Assembly: GCA_031409375.1 (NCBI GenBank)
Contig: JANNXD010000073.1
Span: 3,486-67,485 of the forward strand
Origin: Gammaproteobacteria bacterium
GTDB taxonomy: Bacteria; Pseudomonadota; Gammaproteobacteria; Pseudomonadales; JANQJO01
DNA: 64,000 nt
Reading direction: 5' to 3'
In this document: piece by piece, positions 60,812-64,000 of the stretch
Layout: each line of letters opens with the position of its first letter
Numbering within the stretch: the stretch's first letter is position 1
Translations under genes and position numbers: made by a program
The notes under the pieces: generated by a model
Told to the model about the DNA's origin: nothing
The model's database searches: none
Seen by the model: the letters and a program-made list of their open reading frames with translations, nothing else

Positions 60812-63601
60812 TCAACTTAATCGCTTGCGATCAGTATTATTATAAACGCGAAAGGTTGGAGCTGAGGTGGGCATTTTACGGATAGAATATTCACTGCGCT
60901 TAAACCAATTCATTAATACATCGATCGGAACAGGACGTGCGATGTAATAACCTTGACCAATGTCACAACCCAAGTCTAATAAAGCTTGATAGGTTTTTTC
61001 GTCTTCAATGCCTTCAGCAACCACCTCTTTACCCAAATTATGACTCATATTCAGCGTGGTGCGCACAATTACTTGATCATCACTCTCCTGGCACATCTCG
61101 GTGACAAACGAACGATCAATTTTAATTTCGGATACTGGCAAGCTTTTTAAATACGACAAAGATGAATAACCAGTACCAAAATCATCAATTGATAAACGAA
61201 TACCACACTCATTCAAAGCCAAAATATTACGCATTGATCGAGAGGGATCCATCATCATCGCGGTTTCGGTGATTTCAAAACAGAGTAAGTCAGCTGGAAT
61301 CGCATATTTCTGCAAGCTCGCTAATACAGAATTGGGCAACTCCATTTCCTGTAAATTTTTAGCTGACAAATTTATCGATACGCGCATCGAAAAACCCTGC
61401 TGATAAAAACGCTGCGCTTGCTGCATAGCCTCATCAATAACCCATGCCGTTAATTGACGAATAACCCCTGTTTTTTCGGCTACTGGAATAAATTCATGTG
61501 GCGGAATAAAACCATGCACGCGATGTCGCCATCGAATTAAAGCTTCTACACCAATGACTTCACGCAACCGCAGGTCGACTTGCGGCTGATAATATAATTG
61601 CAAATCACCGACACGTAGGGCGTGTTTCAATTCAGAAACCAAGGTTAAACGTCTGGCACTGTAAGGATCTAACTCGGCGCTGTAAAAAACCACCTGCTGA
61701 TCACGCAATTGCGCAATTTCAATCGCGACATGTGCATGCTGCAATATATCAGCGCTTGTACTGCCATGCTCTGGATAACAAGCAATACCTAAAAATCCGG
61801 TAATATCTAAAGACATCAGCTGACACTCGAATGGCTGATTTAAACACTGTTGTACATGCTCACTGATACTGATTAATGTTGACTGGTCGACAGATTCCAG
61901 CAAAGCGCCAAATATCACCCCTTCAAGTGCCGCCAGATGCGCAACTTTAGCTTCACGCACCTCTAAATTCACCACGCCAGGTAATTGGATGACCACCTCA
62001 TTCAAACGCAGGGCAATACGTTTTAATAATTCATCCCCATTATGATGGCCGAGTGTGTTATTAATTTCTTTAAAATGTCCCAGATAAATTAACATTAAAC
62101 CATATTGACCATTCGGATCATGATCAATTTTTTTTTCAAGAACCCGCTGCAATGCTTTACGATTTGGACAACCGGTTAATGCATCATAAAGCGTATGCTG
62201 AACTTTCTGCTGATCGGCTAAACGTTGCTGATGCGCAGCTTCAATCGCGCTGAGTTTTTCTTTTAAGCGCGTTGACAGCATCTGCCTAACTTCAATAAAA
62301 CTGCCACAAACAATAAACAGTAAATGCGACATGATACCCAGCGTTAAAGCATTACTGCGTTCAAAACTATTGACATCGATAACACTCAACCAACCACTAT
62401 GACGCGCATACCCCAGCAACCCCATCGCAAAACCGATCATCATGAAACGAAATGACATGTGCTTCCACACGTTAAGGGCACATAAAGTAAGCAGGCCAAT
62501 GGTCATATTGGCAACACCCAGGAAATAGACCAGCTGCTGCAATAATAAAGAATTTAAAAAAGTCAGTAACGTGACCACAGCAATGATCACTAAGGCAGCA
62601 ACGTAATACAGGCGAGTGACGATAGTGGGCATATAGGCAAAAGTCATCACCCGTATTAACGACAGGCCCAGTGCGAACACAAATCCGCTTAAACAAAAAC
62701 TGATTTGATTAATCCACAATTGATTTTCTGGCCAGAAAAATTTCTGAATAAACCCTTGGCTCGTTAAATGGACGCTTAATGACAGCACAATATAGAGCAA
62801 TTGCACATAAATAGTACCGTGACGCGTCACCAACCCTGTAGCAATTAAAATCGCCACGAGCAATAGGCACCCGCCTAAAAAAGCACCGTAAGTGAACATT
62901 TGACGACTTTGATAACCAGCTAAGATGCCTTCATTCCAAACTTCTAATTGTAAAAATGGCTGATGTTGCCCGCTTACCCATAAATAAATATCGGTTGGCT
63001 GATCTGCCGTTAAGAATAATGGCAATGTCGTATCTAAACTGTCAGTCGTTGAAAGAATCGTGCTGGGTCTCGACAAATCCTCGGTTTGAACCAATTTACC
63101 GCGCATAACGACAAATAACTGTGCCTGATCGATCGTAGCATCACTAAATTTAAGTACCCATTTTGATGAGTCGCGGGAAAACACACGCAAGCGCAACCAA
63201 AACGGCTGCGCGTGAACGAATGGATTATGCGGCTGCCATCCCAACCAATCTGGACTGGCTTTGGCCTGCGAAAAATTAAGCGGATACTTTGATGTCAAGA
63301 CTTGCAGCTGCTTGTCAACGACATAAAAGCCCTCAGAAGGACTTAATGACAATATTGAGTCCACCACGCCTGTACGCGCAGCTGACGGCATAACAGAATT
63401 ATTGGCAAATACAGATGCAGAGAAGATCAACAGTATGATTTTTAAGATTGAAAAAAAACAGCACTCGCAATTGCGGGTAGGTAGAAAAAAACACGATGCG
63501 AACAAGGCAAACCCCAGCAGAATAATGCGGTTATTAAGTAGACAGTAGATCGAGATAAGAAATACGTCAAAAAAAAACCGCTTACTGGTGTCCAAAAACA
63601 A
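60812..63601 (-). CDS. 7TMR-DISM-type membrane sensor with a degenerate GGDEF and an intact EAL domain (c-di-GMP phosphodiesterase candidate)
   Basis: Periplasmic DISMED2-like region, 7 TM segments, and a GGDEF fold with GHHNGDELL but LEGVIF (61898-61934) in place of GGDEF. EAL motifs are present: EALIRW (61529-61558), DDFGTGYSSL, EGIED and GQGYY. The true start is uncertain: the track start is a TTG inside a tandem repeat, and a signal-like segment KIILLIFSASVFA lies about 50 aa downstream. Confidence 0.8.
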   Translation of the reverse strand: MFLDTSKRFFFDVFLISIYCLLNNRIILLGFALFASCFFLPTRNCECCFFSILKIILLIFSASVFANNSVMPSAARTGVVDSILSLSPSEGFYVVDKQLQVLTSKYPLNFSQAKASPDWLGWQPHNPFVHAQPFWLRLRVFSRDSSKWVLKFSDATIDQAQLFVVMRGKLVQTEDLSRPSTILSTTDSLDTTLPLFLTADQPTDIYLWVSGQHQPFLQLEVWNEGILAGYQSRQMFTYGAFLGGCLLLVAILIATGLVTRHGTIYVQLLYIVLSLSVHLTSQGFIQKFFWPENQLWINQISFCLSGFVFALGLSLIRVMTFAYMPTIVTRLYYVAALVIIAVVTLLTFLNSLLLQQLVYFLGVANMTIGLLTLCALNVWKHMSFRFMMIGFAMGLLGYARHSGWLSVIDVNSFERSNALTLGIMSHLLFIVCGSFIEVRQMLSTRLKEKLSAIEAAHQQRLADQQKVQHTLYDALTGCPNRKALQRVLEKKIDHDPNGQYGLMLIYLGHFKEINNTLGHHNGDELLKRIALRLNEVVIQLPGVVNLEVREAKVAHLAALEGVIFGALLESVDQSTLISISEHVQQCLNQPFECQLMSLDITGFLGIACYPEHGSTSADILQHAHVAIEIAQLRDQQVVFYSAELDPYSARRLTLVSELKHALRVGDLQLYYQPQVDLRLREVIGVEALIRWRHRVHGFIPPHEFIPVAEKTGVIRQLTAWVIDEAMQQAQRFYQQGFSMRVSINLSAKNLQEMELPNSVLASLQKYAIPADLLCFEITETAMMMDPSRSMRNILALNECGIRLSIDDFGTGYSSLSYLKSLPVSEIKIDRSFVTEMCQESDDQVIVRTTLNMSHNLGKEVVAEGIEDEKTYQALLDLGCDIGQGYYIARPVPIDVLMNWFKRSEYSIRKMPTSAPTFRVYNNTDRKRLS

Positions 63602-63627
63602 TGCTCAAAAAAACAATGCTCAAAAAA
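63594..63627. repeat. Tandem direct repeat CAATGCTCAAAAAA(A) x2 at the 5' end of the sensor gene
   Basis: Read directly: 63599-63613 and 63614-63627. Nearby homopolymers are A8 around 63452, A7 around 63485 and A9 at 63569-63577. Confidence 0.85.
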
Positions 63628-63661
63628 GGAATGTACGAAGATCTTGCGTATTAGTGAGTTC

Positions 63662-64000
63662 TTAAGCCTGCCTAAGCAACGAATAAGAGCTGCCTGAAGC
63701 GATAGCATCATTTAAATCGAACTCAATTGCCACTATCTGCTCCACCATCTGAACAGCATCCGGTAAAGAACGCAATGCATCTAAACCCATCGCCATAAAC
63801 GAATATAAAGCACGAAAACCAGCAGCGTAAGCAGGCGCTTTGGCAAGCTTAAATGCGATCAACAACTTCTTATTTCGTGCTTGTCGATCTAAAGCCTGTG
63901 TAAGCGTCAAAATCAATGTCAGCTGTTGCTGACGGAATGCCACACCACCGACGCTTAAAAATGCCTTAATGTAATCAGCTTCATTGATATCAACAATCCC
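63662..64000 (-). CDS. Hypothetical protein, 3' part (open to the window end)
   Basis: The reading frame stays open from 64000 down to the stop at 63662 (GIVDINEADYIKAFLSVGGVAFRQQQLT...). The track start at 63943 is a GTG. I cannot assign a family confidently. Confidence 0.4.
   Translation of the reverse strand, partial: GIVDINEADYIKAFLSVGGVAFRQQQLTLILTLTQALDRQARNKKLLIAFKLAKAPAYAAGFRALYSFMAMGLDALRSLPDAVQMVEQIVAIEFDLNDAIASGSSYSLLRQA

Overview
This is a chromosomal window that looks gammaproteobacterial, judged by gene content and synteny: xseB-ispA-dxs, divergent trmJ/suhB, and yrfG-yfhL-ggt. GC content looks moderate by eye. Housekeeping genes (dusA, engB, cysQ, sthA, asmA, hemG-like, mscK-like) are interleaved with several accessory segments. 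I saw no rRNA, tRNA or CRISPR array.

The most interesting regions are:

1. 6282-15168: a six-gene minus-strand operon of haem enzymes. It holds a secreted cyclooxygenase/alpha-dioxygenase-like haem oxygenase, two divergent catalase-fold paralogues, a long DyP-type peroxidase, an internally duplicated membrane protein and a small unknown protein. I read it as a candidate, largely undescribed bacterial oxylipin or lipid-peroxide pathway.
2. 51113-60724: a 3203-aa hybrid NRPS-PKS with domain order A-T-KS-AT-T-aminotransferase-C-A(Gly)-T and no release domain. It appears co-transcribed with a DUF2238 membrane protein and a YHYH lipoprotein, and sits next to a 7TM sensor with a degenerate GGDEF and an intact EAL domain.
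3. 27271-32603: a small decayed islet. It contains a disrupted DUF1232 gene, an orphan Cys-rich 733-aa protein, IS66 transposase remnants and a secreted protein made of three tandem Cu-only-SOD-like domains.
4. 1-153: the window edge carries the 5' end of an HvfA-like Cys-motif RiPP precursor.

All product calls rest on motifs read by eye from the translations. No database searches were run.
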